64,000 bases of DNA from Dehalococcoidia bacterium (GCA_045562555.1 JBJKVO010000016.1:117651-181650); one strand, 5' to 3'; shown: positions 10,231 through 20,471, counted from the first letter of the stretch. Notes: a model not told the origin generated them from the sequence alone. Numbers and translations: made by a program.

Positions 10231-11451
10231 ATGAATACTTTTCCAGGATCCAGTATTGTTACTCATGTGGAGACCGCATTACAACAGTGGGAGAGCGGAC
10301 GTGAGGGATGGCCTATAGACTCCGAAATGTGTAACCAAATAGGAGTTTTAGCGCAAAACGATATTGATACTGCCAGAGGATTAGCATGCAGTATTGCCCG
10401 AGCAGGCAAAGGTGACGTTATTTCCTTCTCTCCTAAAGTGTTTGTTCCTTTGACTCACTTGTGCCGAGATTACTGTGGGTATTGTACTTTTAGGAAAGAC
10501 CCGGGGGAGCTGAGTGACCTATTCATGAATGTTGAGCAGGTAATGGAAGTAGTCAAAGCGGGACAACACGCGGGCTGTTTCGAAGCATTGTTTACCCTAG
10601 GTGAGAGACCAGAACTGAAATATAGAGAAGCTAAAGAATGGCTGGCCGACAGAGGGTTCCGGAGCACGTTGGATTACTTGAGGCATATCTGCTCCGTGGT
10701 GAACGAACAATCCTCCCTCTTTCCGCATGCAAACCCGGGTACTATGAGCAGAAGGGAAATATTGAGTTTAAGAGAATCAAACGTGTCGATGGGATTGATG
10801 CTGGAGTCTACGTCCGAAAACTTGTTAGCTAGTGGAATGCCTCACGAGTTTGCTCCCAGCAAACGACCTCTTGCGAGACTCAAAACCTTAAGGAATGCGG
10901 GACAATTAAAGGTGCCTTTCACCACAGGGCTACTGATTGGGTTAGGAGAACATCCATCCGACACGATTGAAGGGATTTTCGCCATAAAACAGATAAATGA
11001 TTCTTATGGGCATATCCAAGAAGTTATTATTCAAAATTTTCGTGCCAAACCAAGGACTCCTATGGAAGGAAAGGATCATGCCTCGCAAGATTATTTGTCA
11101 TGGTCTTTAGTCTGCGCTCGGATTATTCTGGGTCCGGATGCGAATATACAGGTGCCCCCTAACTTGTCGCCTCACTCTTATCAAGACTACCTTGGGGATG
11201 GCATTAACGATTGGGGAGGTATCTCTCCTGTTACTTCCGACTACGTGAATCCTGAAGCTAAATGGCCTACTATAAAAAGTTTAAAAGAAGCATGTGATCG
11301 TAATCATCTGACATTAAAGGCTAGATTTCCCGTGTACCCTGAATTCATGGATCCAGAAAGAGGGTTCATTGAAGAAACTCTGTATGATAAAGTGAAAGAA
11401 CAGAGTGATGAGGATGGGTATGTTAAAGGAGGACTGGAAAGATATGGATGA
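10231..11451 (+). CDS. cofG: FO synthase subunit CofG (radical SAM)
   Basis: PLTHLCRDYCGYCTF, PHANPG, PFTTGLLIG, IQEVIIQNF, IQVPPNL and DWGGISP motifs. Confidence 0.95.
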   Translation: MNTFPGSSIVTHVETALQQWESGREGWPIDSEMCNQIGVLAQNDIDTARGLACSIARAGKGDVISFSPKVFVPLTHLCRDYCGYCTFRKDPGELSDLFMNVEQVMEVVKAGQHAGCFEALFTLGERPELKYREAKEWLADRGFRSTLDYLRHICSVVNEQSSLFPHANPGTMSRREILSLRESNVSMGLMLESTSENLLASGMPHEFAPSKRPLARLKTLRNAGQLKVPFTTGLLIGLGEHPSDTIEGIFAIKQINDSYGHIQEVIIQNFRAKPRTPMEGKDHASQDYLSWSLVCARIILGPDANIQVPPNLSPHSYQDYLGDGINDWGGISPVTSDYVNPEAKWPTIKSLKEACDRNHLTLKARFPVYPEFMDPERGFIEETLYDKVKEQSDEDGYVKGGLERYG

Positions 11452-12748
11452 CTATTTTGAAAAAATGAGATTCTCTAATCTATCTATGTTATTAAGCTCT
11501 ATCCAACCGGATACAGCAAAAATATTGGATAAGGCTTTGTCTGGGAAAGACATCTCTGCGGATGAGGCCTGTGTTCTTTTGAGTGCTACCGGTCAGGAAT
11601 ACTCCGCAACATGTGCCTCCGCCGATTTTTTGCGTGATGTCTCCAATGGCAAAATTGTGACATATGTTGTTAATCGAAATATCAATTTCACTAATGTTTG
11701 TATAAAAAGATGTGGATTCTGCGCGTTCAGCAGGGATTTCAGGCAAGAACAGGGATATTTCCTACCTATCAACGAAATTATCAGAAGATCGCGCGAAGCC
11801 ATGGATTATGGAGCCACAGAAGTTTGCATTCAGGCTGGTCTACCTCCTCAAATGGACGGAGATCTATATATAAATTTGTGTAAAGCCCTTAAAGACGAAT
11901 TTCCTACTCTTCATATTCATGGGTTTTCTCCGGAAGAAGTACTGTATGGGTCGATCAGATCGAAAAGTACCATCAAGAGTTACTTGAAAAATCTTCAGGA
12001 AGCAGGAGTCGGAAGCCTTCCTGGCACATCTGCAGAAATTCTAGATCAGGAATTAAGGGATAGAATCTCTCCAGGGCGCATAAGTGTGGAAAATTGGACC
12101 GAAGTTATCACAACAGCCCACAAGTTGGGTATCCCGACAACTTCCACAATTATGTTTGGTCATGTTGAGACTCATCAACATGTAAGTAACCACATAGCAC
12201 TTCTCAGATCTATCCAGCAGGCAACGGGTGGGTTTACAGAGTTCGTCCCATTAAGTTTCGTGCACAGCGAAGCGCCGATGTTTCTTCAAGATTCAGGACA
12301 AGGTATGAGGCAAGGACCTTCAGCTATGGAAGTAATGAAAGTTCATGCGGTTTCTCGGATAATGCTGAATAATTGGATTCCTAATATCCAGGCTTCATGG
12401 GTTAAGGAAGGTACCAAAATGTGCCAAATGCTTCTCAATGCGGGTGTCAATGACCTTGGAGGAACCTTAATAAACGAGAGCATATCTACCTCAGCTGGAG
12501 CAGAATATGGGCAACTAATGCGCCCAGGTGAATTCAAGGATATGATAAGAGAAGCAGGCCGGATTCCCGCTGAACGTTTTACTAATTATCAAATCAAATC
12601 CGTTGATCTAGGATCGGAAACTCTAACAACTAAACTCGATGGAATAGGAGAAAATGTGGAACAAGTATTTGGTTCATATAATCTCCTTGTTAACGATCAA
12701 AATTTCAACTTTTCTCATCCCAAACAAAGAACTGCCGGCATTGAATAG
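11444..12748 (+). CDS. cofH: FO synthase subunit CofH (radical SAM)
   Basis: NRNINFTNVCIKRCGFCAF, PGTSAEIL, NIQASWVK and DLGGTLINESIS motifs. AAGGAGG RBS before ATG 11444. Confidence 0.95.
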   Translation: MDDYFEKMRFSNLSMLLSSIQPDTAKILDKALSGKDISADEACVLLSATGQEYSATCASADFLRDVSNGKIVTYVVNRNINFTNVCIKRCGFCAFSRDFRQEQGYFLPINEIIRRSREAMDYGATEVCIQAGLPPQMDGDLYINLCKALKDEFPTLHIHGFSPEEVLYGSIRSKSTIKSYLKNLQEAGVGSLPGTSAEILDQELRDRISPGRISVENWTEVITTAHKLGIPTTSTIMFGHVETHQHVSNHIALLRSIQQATGGFTEFVPLSFVHSEAPMFLQDSGQGMRQGPSAMEVMKVHAVSRIMLNNWIPNIQASWVKEGTKMCQMLLNAGVNDLGGTLINESISTSAGAEYGQLMRPGEFKDMIREAGRIPAERFTNYQIKSVDLGSETLTTKLDGIGENVEQVFGSYNLLVNDQNFNFSHPKQRTAGIE

Positions 12749-13688
12749 AGCTGTTAATCGTAAGATTGTGACCTTGACAGGTGGCGTGGGTGGAACAAAG
12801 CTTATTCATGGGCTCGCTGCCACAGTTGCCCCAGAAGACCTATGTTGTATTGTAAACATAGGTGACGATGATGTGTTTCATGGTTTGAATATTTCTCCCG
12901 ATTTGGATACCGTGATGTACACCTTGGCAGGAATGTCTGATTCCGAGAAAGGATGGGGCCTTATGGGAGAAACTTTTAATGCTCTAGATAGTCTTGGGGT
13001 CCTAGGGGAAGATACGTGGTTTAATATAGGCGATAAAGACATAGCGACTCATCTTGTTAGGACAAGATTGTTGAACGAAGGGCTGAGCTTAACTGAAGTA
13101 ACCAGATATCTATGTTCCAGGCTCGGAGTAGAGGTTGATATAATGCCAGTGAGTAACGACATGGTGGCCACAGTACTGAATAATGAACATGAATCTCTGA
13201 GTATGCAGGAATACTTCGTGAGAGATAGAAACAGTCCGAATATAACTTCGATAGAATACCAAGAGAAAGGAGCAAAGCTTTCACAAGAGAGCCGTCAAGC
13301 GATCGAACGAGCAGACCTTGTAATCATATGCCCTTCCAACCCGTTGCTGAGCATAGCGCCAATGCTTGCTGTCAGAGAGCTAAGAGATGTCTTGATTCGG
13401 CATAAAGACAAAACTTTATGTGTCAGTCCACTAATTGGCAAAAAATCGATCACAGGCCCCGCTGGGAAACTGATGACTCAACTTGGTATGGAAAGCGACG
13501 TTTTAGGGCTTGGGAGATTCTATCAAAATATATGCTCTACAATAGTGATAGATAATTCAGATGCTGATACTGAATCGGGTTTAGTTGACCTCGGGTTTTC
13601 TGTTATTATGCTTCCCATAATCATGAGTAATGACGAACAAAAAAAAGCATTGGCTGAGTCCATACTATTAGGAACGTTGCATGAATGA
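12741..13688 (+). CDS. cofD: 2-phospho-L-lactate transferase CofD (TTG start approximate)
   Basis: GGVGG, ISPDLDTVMY, WFNIGDKD, QEYFV, PSNPLLSI and GPAGKLM motifs. Confidence 0.94.
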   Translation: MNRAVNRKIVTLTGGVGGTKLIHGLAATVAPEDLCCIVNIGDDDVFHGLNISPDLDTVMYTLAGMSDSEKGWGLMGETFNALDSLGVLGEDTWFNIGDKDIATHLVRTRLLNEGLSLTEVTRYLCSRLGVEVDIMPVSNDMVATVLNNEHESLSMQEYFVRDRNSPNITSIEYQEKGAKLSQESRQAIERADLVIICPSNPLLSIAPMLAVRELRDVLIRHKDKTLCVSPLIGKKSITGPAGKLMTQLGMESDVLGLGRFYQNICSTIVIDNSDADTESGLVDLGFSVIMLPIIMSNDEQKKALAESILLGTLHE

Positions 13689-14322
13689 ACACGGCGGTCT
13701 TACCGCAGTAATCCCTATGAAACCATTGATAGATGGCAAATCCCGCCTTGCGGGAGTGTTTACCGATGAACAGAGGGGAGATCTTGTCATCGGCATGCTT
13801 ACTACAGTGATTGACGCTATCAAAGGGGCTGGAGTGGACAGTTTCATAATTGTAGGCGGAGACGAAAGAGTTGCTAAGGTGGGTGAAGAAACTGGAGGTA
13901 AGTGGATTCAAGATCCAGGCACAGATCTGAACGATACTTTAAAAACCGTGTTTGCTCAAATTTTGAACTCTGGCCAATCCGCGCTGTTCTTAGCCGGCGA
14001 TTTGCCGTTCTTGAAGTCAGCTGATGTCTATAGTTTGATAAGAACAAGCGGCAATCAAAAGAATATTGCTTTGGCTCCTGCGAAAAAAGACGGGGGAACC
14101 AATGGGATATTGGTCCCTCCGGGCATTGAATTTGAACCTCAAATGGGACAGCGAAGTTTTGCCAAACATTTGGCACAGGCTGCTGCTGCTGAAAAATCTG
14201 TAGCAATAGAAACGAGTGATGGGCTAGGATGCGACTTAGACACCACTGATGACTTAAACGCATATGTATACATGGAACCTGGGCTGCTCGAACGTTTGTA
14301 CCAACAGGCTGCCCCGTATTAA
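13681..14322 (+). CDS. cofC: 2-phospho-L-lactate/PEP guanylyltransferase CofC
   Basis: IPMK..GKSRL, GDLP, DGGTN and DLDT motifs, within the cof cluster. Confidence 0.92.
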   Translation: MNEHGGLTAVIPMKPLIDGKSRLAGVFTDEQRGDLVIGMLTTVIDAIKGAGVDSFIIVGGDERVAKVGEETGGKWIQDPGTDLNDTLKTVFAQILNSGQSALFLAGDLPFLKSADVYSLIRTSGNQKNIALAPAKKDGGTNGILVPPGIEFEPQMGQRSFAKHLAQAAAAEKSVAIETSDGLGCDLDTTDDLNAYVYMEPGLLERLYQQAAPY

Positions 14323-14325
14323 TCG

Positions 14326-15267
14326 ATGAGTAAAATAGGGATATTACTACCAACCAGGGGTGCTTTGTTTGAACATGATGCGATTACCGCTTGGAAGCTG
14401 ATTACAGAAATGGTAATGATATGCGAAGAGTCTGACATAAATTCTGTATGGGTTGGAGATTCTCTATCTGCCAAACCTCGGTTTGAACCCCTAACAATCT
14501 TAGGAGCAATCGCAGGGATAACCAATAGGGTGAGTATTGGCACTTCAGTATTGCTTCCTACTTTAAGGAACCCAGGTCATTTGCTGCAAACGGTCAACAC
14601 TGTGAATAGTATCAGTGGAGGGAGGCTGATCTTAGGGCTAGGAATGGGCGGAGCATTTAATGATGCGCAGAAACAAGAGTGGACCAATGCAGGAATTGAT
14701 TACAGGACACGAAGAGCTAGATTTGAGGAAATATTGCAAATAATTGATCTGTCCCGGAATAATGACTATGTCAACTTCGAAGGTCAATATTACAAATTGT
14801 CCGGAATGGACTTAGTCCAACGCTCGAAAATAGATTACAAAGTGATAATTGCGGCACATGCTCGGCATAAATTAAACAAACAGTTCGCTCGCGCCGCTAA
14901 ATATGGAGATGGATTTATTTCTATCACTGATACTCCTACCCAATTGGGCGAAGGATGCCAATTGTTTGAATCGTTCCTAAAGAACGAAGAGCTTCAACAA
15001 TCCAAGGAGAAGGTCATGTACATCACGGTAAACATTTCGGACGATGAACATGATTCTCAAAGAGACGCTGAAAATTTTTTAATACAATATTATGGTGCGA
15101 ATATATGGGGTGATAGTTGGGGGCCGTTTGGGAGCCCGAAGAAAATAATTGATCGCGTTCGAGATTATTACTCTAACGGCGCTACGACGGTGATAGTGAG
15201 ATTTGCTTCTGCAGATCAAGTCAATCAGTTAAGAAGATTCAAAAATGAGATTTTGCCAAATATATAA
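14326..15267 (+). CDS. Luciferase-like (LLM) flavin/F420-dependent oxidoreductase
   Basis: SVWVGDS, EPLTILGAIAG, IGTSVL and SGGRLILGLG motifs. Starts 3 bp after cofC. Confidence 0.88.
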   Translation: MSKIGILLPTRGALFEHDAITAWKLITEMVMICEESDINSVWVGDSLSAKPRFEPLTILGAIAGITNRVSIGTSVLLPTLRNPGHLLQTVNTVNSISGGRLILGLGMGGAFNDAQKQEWTNAGIDYRTRRARFEEILQIIDLSRNNDYVNFEGQYYKLSGMDLVQRSKIDYKVIIAAHARHKLNKQFARAAKYGDGFISITDTPTQLGEGCQLFESFLKNEELQQSKEKVMYITVNISDDEHDSQRDAENFLIQYYGANIWGDSWGPFGSPKKIIDRVRDYYSNGATTVIVRFASADQVNQLRRFKNEILPNI

Positions 15268-15281
15268 GCCACTACTACAAT
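15253..15281 (+). promoter_or_regulatory. Putative sigma70 promoter for fabI
   Basis: TTGCCA-17bp-TACAAT with an AGGAG RBS before GTG 15311. Confidence 0.55.
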
Positions 15282-15310
15282 AGACATATTAGAGCTACAG
15301 GAGTACTAAA

Positions 15311-16075
15311 GTGAATTTGAAAGGACAAAAAGGCCTGGTTTTTGGAGTCGCTAATGAGAAAAGTATAGCGTGGGCCATTGCTAAGAGACTTGATCAAAGT
15401 GGCGCCCGCATTGGGTTAGCATATCAAAACGAACGGCTAAGATCGAGAGTGGAGAAACTAGGCAATGAATTGCAAGACCCGCTGTTAATACCTTGTGACG
15501 CGAGCAGTGATGATGACGTTAAGCGTGCTTTTGACATAGTAAAACAAGAATTTAAAGAGATCTCTTTTGTGATACATAGTATTGCTTTCGCAAATAAGGA
15601 CGAATTGTCCGGACGGTTTACTGATACTAGTCGGGAAGGATTCCAGACCGCATTGGATATTAGCGCATTTACCCTGATTCCTATCACCAAATTTGCTACT
15701 GAATTAATGAACGGATCGGGTAGTATCGTGACGATGACGTTTGACGCGTCTCATGGTGTTTATCCTGGATATAATGTCATGGGCACAGCTAAGGCTGCTT
15801 TAGAGCATAGCGTCAGACAATTAGCTTACGAACATGGTCCTGACGGTGTTCGTGTGAATGCAATTTCTGCAGGTCCCTTAGATACACTGGCTGCTAGGGG
15901 GATCAGTGGTTTTCTTGACATGAAAAGAATTCATGCCGACAGGTCCCCGATGAAACGCAATATTTCTGCAGATGAGGTTGCGGATGCCGCATTATTCTTG
16001 GTAAGCAACATGTCTACAGGAATTACGGGTGCTATCATACCTGTGGACGCAGGGTTCCACATTATGGCAGTGTAA
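15311..16075 (+). CDS. fabI: Enoyl-ACP reductase FabI
   Basis: GVANEKSIAW, HSIAFA, YNVMGTAKAALE and VNAISAGP motifs. Confidence 0.95.
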   Translation: MNLKGQKGLVFGVANEKSIAWAIAKRLDQSGARIGLAYQNERLRSRVEKLGNELQDPLLIPCDASSDDDVKRAFDIVKQEFKEISFVIHSIAFANKDELSGRFTDTSREGFQTALDISAFTLIPITKFATELMNGSGSIVTMTFDASHGVYPGYNVMGTAKAALEHSVRQLAYEHGPDGVRVNAISAGPLDTLAARGISGFLDMKRIHADRSPMKRNISADEVADAALFLVSNMSTGITGAIIPVDAGFHIMAV

Positions 16076-16825
16076 CTAGGTTAGAGATCCTAAAACAGCT
16101 TGGTCTTTCTCGGCTAATTCCGGATGACCTAAATGCTGATATGCCTGAATGCGATAAGTGAGCGCTTGCACAAAAGAATTATCCATGGCGAGAGCTTTGG
16201 TAAATTGGTCGACTGCTTCAGTAAACTTGTTCTGATCAAGAAGCGTTTTCCCTCTAGTTGTGAACACCTCCGCTGTCAAGCTGCTAGGTACGAAGGTTGG
16301 TTTTTTAATAATTGAGTCCTCTGGTTGAACCTCAGGATTCTCTGAAGGGTCCAGCTTAGACTCGGTAGAGATAATCTCTTGTGGGCTTACGGTCTCAACG
16401 GATTCTTCAGGAATGCTGTCAGGGACAGAGGTCTGTGTAGGGTGTTTGGTCGACTCGATCGGAGCTAAAAACTCTGTGACTGCTTTGTCACAGCCTGTGC
16501 AGATCCATTCTATAGATGTGTTAGCTTCTCCAACCGTGTTGTATGTGGGTGTTTGAGATGATCCGCAATAAGGACAAAACCTGTTCGAGGCTGATTCTCG
16601 AGAAGACCGGCTTACTGGTTGCATTATCATCAGCCCGACTATTGGCAATACTCCCAAGATTTGCAATCCTCCGAAGCCTGGAATCAGTAATGGGAATACT
16701 GAAAGAATCAGGGCTGCGCCTCCCCAAAGATAAGGGCTCCGATTTCTACCCTTTGCTAGGCGTGCTGCCCACAGGGTCACTATACCAAGCGAAAACAGTT
16801 GAAAGAGGATATTAATTGGATCCAT
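16076..16825 (-). CDS. Membrane protein with Zn-ribbon (CPYC..CTGC), low-complexity linker and C-terminal TPR
   Basis: N-terminal TM helices with AKGRNRSPYLWG, two CxxC pairs, TPR-like RGKTLL..FTEAVDQFTKAL. Confidence 0.7.
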   Translation of the reverse strand: MDPINILFQLFSLGIVTLWAARLAKGRNRSPYLWGGAALILSVFPLLIPGFGGLQILGVLPIVGLMIMQPVSRSSRESASNRFCPYCGSSQTPTYNTVGEANTSIEWICTGCDKAVTEFLAPIESTKHPTQTSVPDSIPEESVETVSPQEIISTESKLDPSENPEVQPEDSIIKKPTFVPSSLTAEVFTTRGKTLLDQNKFTEAVDQFTKALAMDNSFVQALTYRIQAYQHLGHPELAEKDQAVLGSLT

Positions 16826-16932
16826 TCGTCTTCCTGCATGTAAATTTTTGTCTTAATTAAATTATCCCACACAGAGATGATCAACTCAATACAGAATAAC
16901 GACAGGTAAGACTCTATGACCAGATAAATACG

Positions 16933-16941
16933 TGGTATAGT
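16933..16941 (+). promoter_or_regulatory. Extended -10 promoter element for the FBP aldolase/phosphatase gene
   Basis: TGGTATAGT (TGn-TATAGT), flanked by CGTG..CACG. Confidence 0.45.
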
Positions 16942-16972
16942 ATCACGAGAACTTTACATAAATGGGGGAACC

Positions 16973-18103
16973 ATGAAGATAACCTTATCAATATTGAAGG
17001 CTGACGTAGGCTCTATCGGAGGCCATACCCAACCTTCCGAAGCTATGATGGAAGCTGCGCGACAGGACGCGAAAGATGCGATCGCGAGTGGTCTGTTGAT
17101 CGACGCTTTCGTAGGACATACCGGAGACGACATCTGCATCACTGCATCTCATGTGCACGGGAAAGATAATGATGATGTTCACCAGTTCGCGTGGAAAGCA
17201 TTTTTGCATGCAACCGATATTGCAGCCCAAAATGGTCTTTATGGGGCAGGACAAGATCTATTGGCCGACGCTCCTTCAGGAAATATTCGGGGTGCTGGTC
17301 CGGCCATCGCTGAGATAGAATTTGAACATGAACCTGGTAAAACTAATCCTATCAGACCAGCCGAATCCTTTATGGTGCTAGCGGCAGATAAATGCGGACC
17401 GGGTGCGTATAACTTGCCTTTGTTTTTGGGCTTTGCTGACCCAATGTATTGCGGCGGCCTCATGCTACCAAGATTGAGCGAAGGATTCACCTTTAATATC
17501 ATAGATATGGATAACACGGATGGAGATAGCATCATCAGTTTAAACGCTCCAGAGGATTATTACAAAATCGCAGTTCTGTTACGAGACAATGAAAGATTTG
17601 GAATCGACTCTATTGTTTCTCGACATACAGGTCAAGTCGCTGCAGCAGTATCAGCGATGAGAATGCACAACATTGCAGGGACTTATACAGGTAAGGATGA
17701 TCCAGTAGCCCTTGTACGCAATCAAGGCATATTCCCTGCTCCAGAGGAGCTGATTTCTCCTTTCGCAAAGGCTCACTATGTTGGAGGGGATGCTAGGGGG
17801 TCTCACGTCATGCCTCTGATGCCTGTGGCGATTAACACTCCTGTTACAGGAATGTATTGTTTGCCTTTAGTATCTTGTGTTGGGTTTTCATTAGCTGCTG
17901 ATGGCACTTTCTCAAGCGGATATGCCGACTTCTTCGATAATGTATCATGGGATTACACTAGACTAAAAGCTCAAGAAAAAGGAATCGAAATGAGATCTCA
18001 GGGTTGGTCCGGTGCGGCAATGTTGCCTTATGGGGAACTAGAATATTCTGGATTTAGGCAATCTATAGGTGATTTGTTAGAACAGTTCGATTTCAGGGGA
18101 TAG
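16973..18103 (+). CDS. fbp: Bifunctional fructose-1,6-bisphosphate aldolase/phosphatase (class V FBPase)
   Basis: KADVGSIGGH, GDD, LYGAGQDLL, GNIRGAGP, ADK, YTGKDDP (Schiff-base Tyr/Lys), RGSH and ELEY motifs. Confidence 0.93.
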   Translation: MKITLSILKADVGSIGGHTQPSEAMMEAARQDAKDAIASGLLIDAFVGHTGDDICITASHVHGKDNDDVHQFAWKAFLHATDIAAQNGLYGAGQDLLADAPSGNIRGAGPAIAEIEFEHEPGKTNPIRPAESFMVLAADKCGPGAYNLPLFLGFADPMYCGGLMLPRLSEGFTFNIIDMDNTDGDSIISLNAPEDYYKIAVLLRDNERFGIDSIVSRHTGQVAAAVSAMRMHNIAGTYTGKDDPVALVRNQGIFPAPEELISPFAKAHYVGGDARGSHVMPLMPVAINTPVTGMYCLPLVSCVGFSLAADGTFSSGYADFFDNVSWDYTRLKAQEKGIEMRSQGWSGAAMLPYGELEYSGFRQSIGDLLEQFDFRG

Positions 18104-19253
18104 GGTCCGACACCACTTTAACCAGATGCGCGGCTTGGGTTGCTAGTTTCACGCTTGAGGCTAGTACCACGCCCATGCGTCGGTTGGGTCTGGTGCTTGG
18201 TTTTCCAAATATTCTCACATCTGTACCAGGAATAGACATCGCGTCCTCTATTCCTTCAAAATGAAAATGGTCAGCGGCGTCTTCTGCCAAGATGACATGG
18301 CTTGCGCCATGACGAACCAGAGTTATATCGGGAATGGGAATTCCTAGGATTGCTCTGGCATGGAGATCGAATTCTGACAGGTTTTGAGTGTACATAGTAA
18401 CCATTCCGGTATCATGCGGCCGGGGGCTGAGTTCACTGAATATAGGTTCACCATTGCATATGAAAAATTCGACCCCGAACAATCCTACTCCACCCAGGTC
18501 TTCAGTGATTTGCAAAGCCATATCTCTTGCCGTTCTTTCAACATCAGGTACGATGTCATCCCTGAAAATGTGCGCCGGCTGCCAGCTATACCGGTAGTCT
18601 CCTTCTTGTTGTACGTGCCCGATGCTTGGGCAGAATAATGTTTGGCCGTCTGCGGTTCGGATGGTTAATAGAGTTATTTCATAATCAAATTCGAGAAATT
18701 CTTCTACTATCACGACTGTTCTGTCCCCCCGCATGTCCTTAACAGCTTTCTCCCAAGACTTCTCGACTTGTGAAATAGAAGTAATTGTTGATTGCCCTTT
18801 CCCGCTAGAACTCATGACGGGTTTGATCACACAAGGAATTCCAATGCTCCATATCTGTTCTGTCAACTCCTGTTCACTTGTGGCGTAAGCATATCTTGCT
18901 GTTCTCAAGCCTAACTCTGTCGCCCGTTCTCTGATTCGGTCCCTGTTCATCGTAAGGTTGACTGCACGGGCATTGGGGATGATTGTGTGCCCTTGGTCTT
19001 GTTTTTCTAGTAAGACTTCCGTTCGGATCGCTTCAATTTCTGGGACGATTAAATCTGGTTGTGTAACTTCGATTAAGTTTGCCAGAGCCGCAGGGTCTAA
19101 CATATCTATCACAGCGGACTTGTCTGCGACTTGCATTGCTGGGGCGTCGATGTAGTTGTCACACGCGGTAACTTGAGCTCCCAATCTTTTAGCACTGATG
19201 CAGAATTCTTTGCCGAGTTCTCCGCTACCCAGTAACAATATATGCTGTTTCAC
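18093..19253 (-). CDS. purT: Formate-dependent phosphoribosylglycinamide formyltransferase
   Basis: LLGSGELGKE, APAMQVA, PEIEAI, KPVMSSSGKGQS, SPRPHDTG and RRMGV motifs. Confidence 0.96.
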   Translation of the reverse strand: MKQHILLLGSGELGKEFCISAKRLGAQVTACDNYIDAPAMQVADKSAVIDMLDPAALANLIEVTQPDLIVPEIEAIRTEVLLEKQDQGHTIIPNARAVNLTMNRDRIRERATELGLRTARYAYATSEQELTEQIWSIGIPCVIKPVMSSSGKGQSTITSISQVEKSWEKAVKDMRGDRTVVIVEEFLEFDYEITLLTIRTADGQTLFCPSIGHVQQEGDYRYSWQPAHIFRDDIVPDVERTARDMALQITEDLGGVGLFGVEFFICNGEPIFSELSPRPHDTGMVTMYTQNLSEFDLHARAILGIPIPDITLVRHGASHVILAEDAADHFHFEGIEDAMSIPGTDVRIFGKPSTRPNRRMGVVLASSVKLATQAAHLVKVVSDPIP

Positions 19254-19278
19254 TATAAACCTTCAGGCGAAGTATTTT

Positions 19279-20460
19279 TCAGATTATGTTGTGTTTTTCT
19301 AAGATCCTAACAAACTCCACTGTTCCTTCGTAGCAATCTTCTACCGTAGCGTGGCCAAAACATAGACGCACGTAGTTTTCTCCAGTGCCTTCTGGGGAAT
19401 AACCTTTGCCATTAAGATATCCTACTCCTTCATTAAAGCAAGTTTGTTGGAATGCTTCCATGTCTGTCCCTTCGGGGAATTTGACCCATATATAGAGTCC
19501 TCCTTGAGGCACGTTCCATTCCGCTCTTGACCCCAATGATTCTCCAAGTGCGGATAACATTGAATCTCTTTTTTGACGAAAAGCAGAGTTTTGGTCTTCT
19601 ATATGGTCATACATATGTGTAGCTAAATACTCTTGTACGGCCAATGATGCGAACGGATTTGTGGATCCTGCTTTATAACTACAAGCTCTGTTTCTAACTT
19701 CTTCAGGGGCTACCAAGTATCCCAGCCGCATACCAGGGGCGATTATTTTCGAGAACGACCCAACATAAATTGTTTGCCCTCTTTCGTCCATGGAGTAAAA
19801 CGAATCAACGTCCTCTCCTTCAAACCTGAGATCGAAATAGCAATCATCTTCGAAAATAGGCACGTTGTAATTCTGACATATTTGCATAACTTGCTGACGC
19901 CTTTCAGCAGGCATTGTCCATCCTATGGGGTTTTGAAAAGTTGGGATAGTATATAGGCATTTGATAGTCTTCCCTTCTTTTTGGACTGCTAGAATCAATG
20001 ATTCCAGAGAACTTGGGTCTATTCCTGTGTCATCGCATTCCACTGCCCGTACATCTGCATCGAATCTCTGCATTTGATTCAGTGTGCCCGAGTATACGAA
20101 TTTCTCCGTTAAGATGACATCGCCCGGGTCAGTTAAAGCCTGGATTACCATGCTTATCGCCTCTCCTGAACCTGATGTAATAACTACATCATCCGGAGTT
20201 ATGTCCATCTTCCGGTCTCTTTTCAGTTTATCTGCTACAAGGGTACGCAGCCCTTCTAGTCCGACTAGATCTTCATAATATGCTAAGTTTTTGCCTTCTC
20301 TGTCTAGTGCAATTTGTAGGGACTGCACTAACTCGTCTAGTGGCAATGATTCTGGATCGGGGTATGCTACTGCGAAGTCATATTTGGCGTGTGCATGGCG
20401 ATTCGGGGTTTTGTTTTTAGAAGTCTTAGAAAAAAGGCCGGAATAGTCAAAGTTTGTCAT
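19279..20460 (-). CDS. PLP-dependent aminotransferase class I/II (LysN/MocR-like)
   Basis: YTIPTFQNP, EDDCY and GSFSKIIAPGMRLG (PLP lysine) motifs. Confidence 0.9.
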   Translation of the reverse strand: MTNFDYSGLFSKTSKNKTPNRHAHAKYDFAVAYPDPESLPLDELVQSLQIALDREGKNLAYYEDLVGLEGLRTLVADKLKRDRKMDITPDDVVITSGSGEAISMVIQALTDPGDVILTEKFVYSGTLNQMQRFDADVRAVECDDTGIDPSSLESLILAVQKEGKTIKCLYTIPTFQNPIGWTMPAERRQQVMQICQNYNVPIFEDDCYFDLRFEGEDVDSFYSMDERGQTIYVGSFSKIIAPGMRLGYLVAPEEVRNRACSYKAGSTNPFASLAVQEYLATHMYDHIEDQNSAFRQKRDSMLSALGESLGSRAEWNVPQGGLYIWVKFPEGTDMEAFQQTCFNEGVGYLNGKGYSPEGTGENYVRLCFGHATVEDCYEGTVEFVRILEKHNII

Positions 20461-20471
20461 TGTGAAATCTC

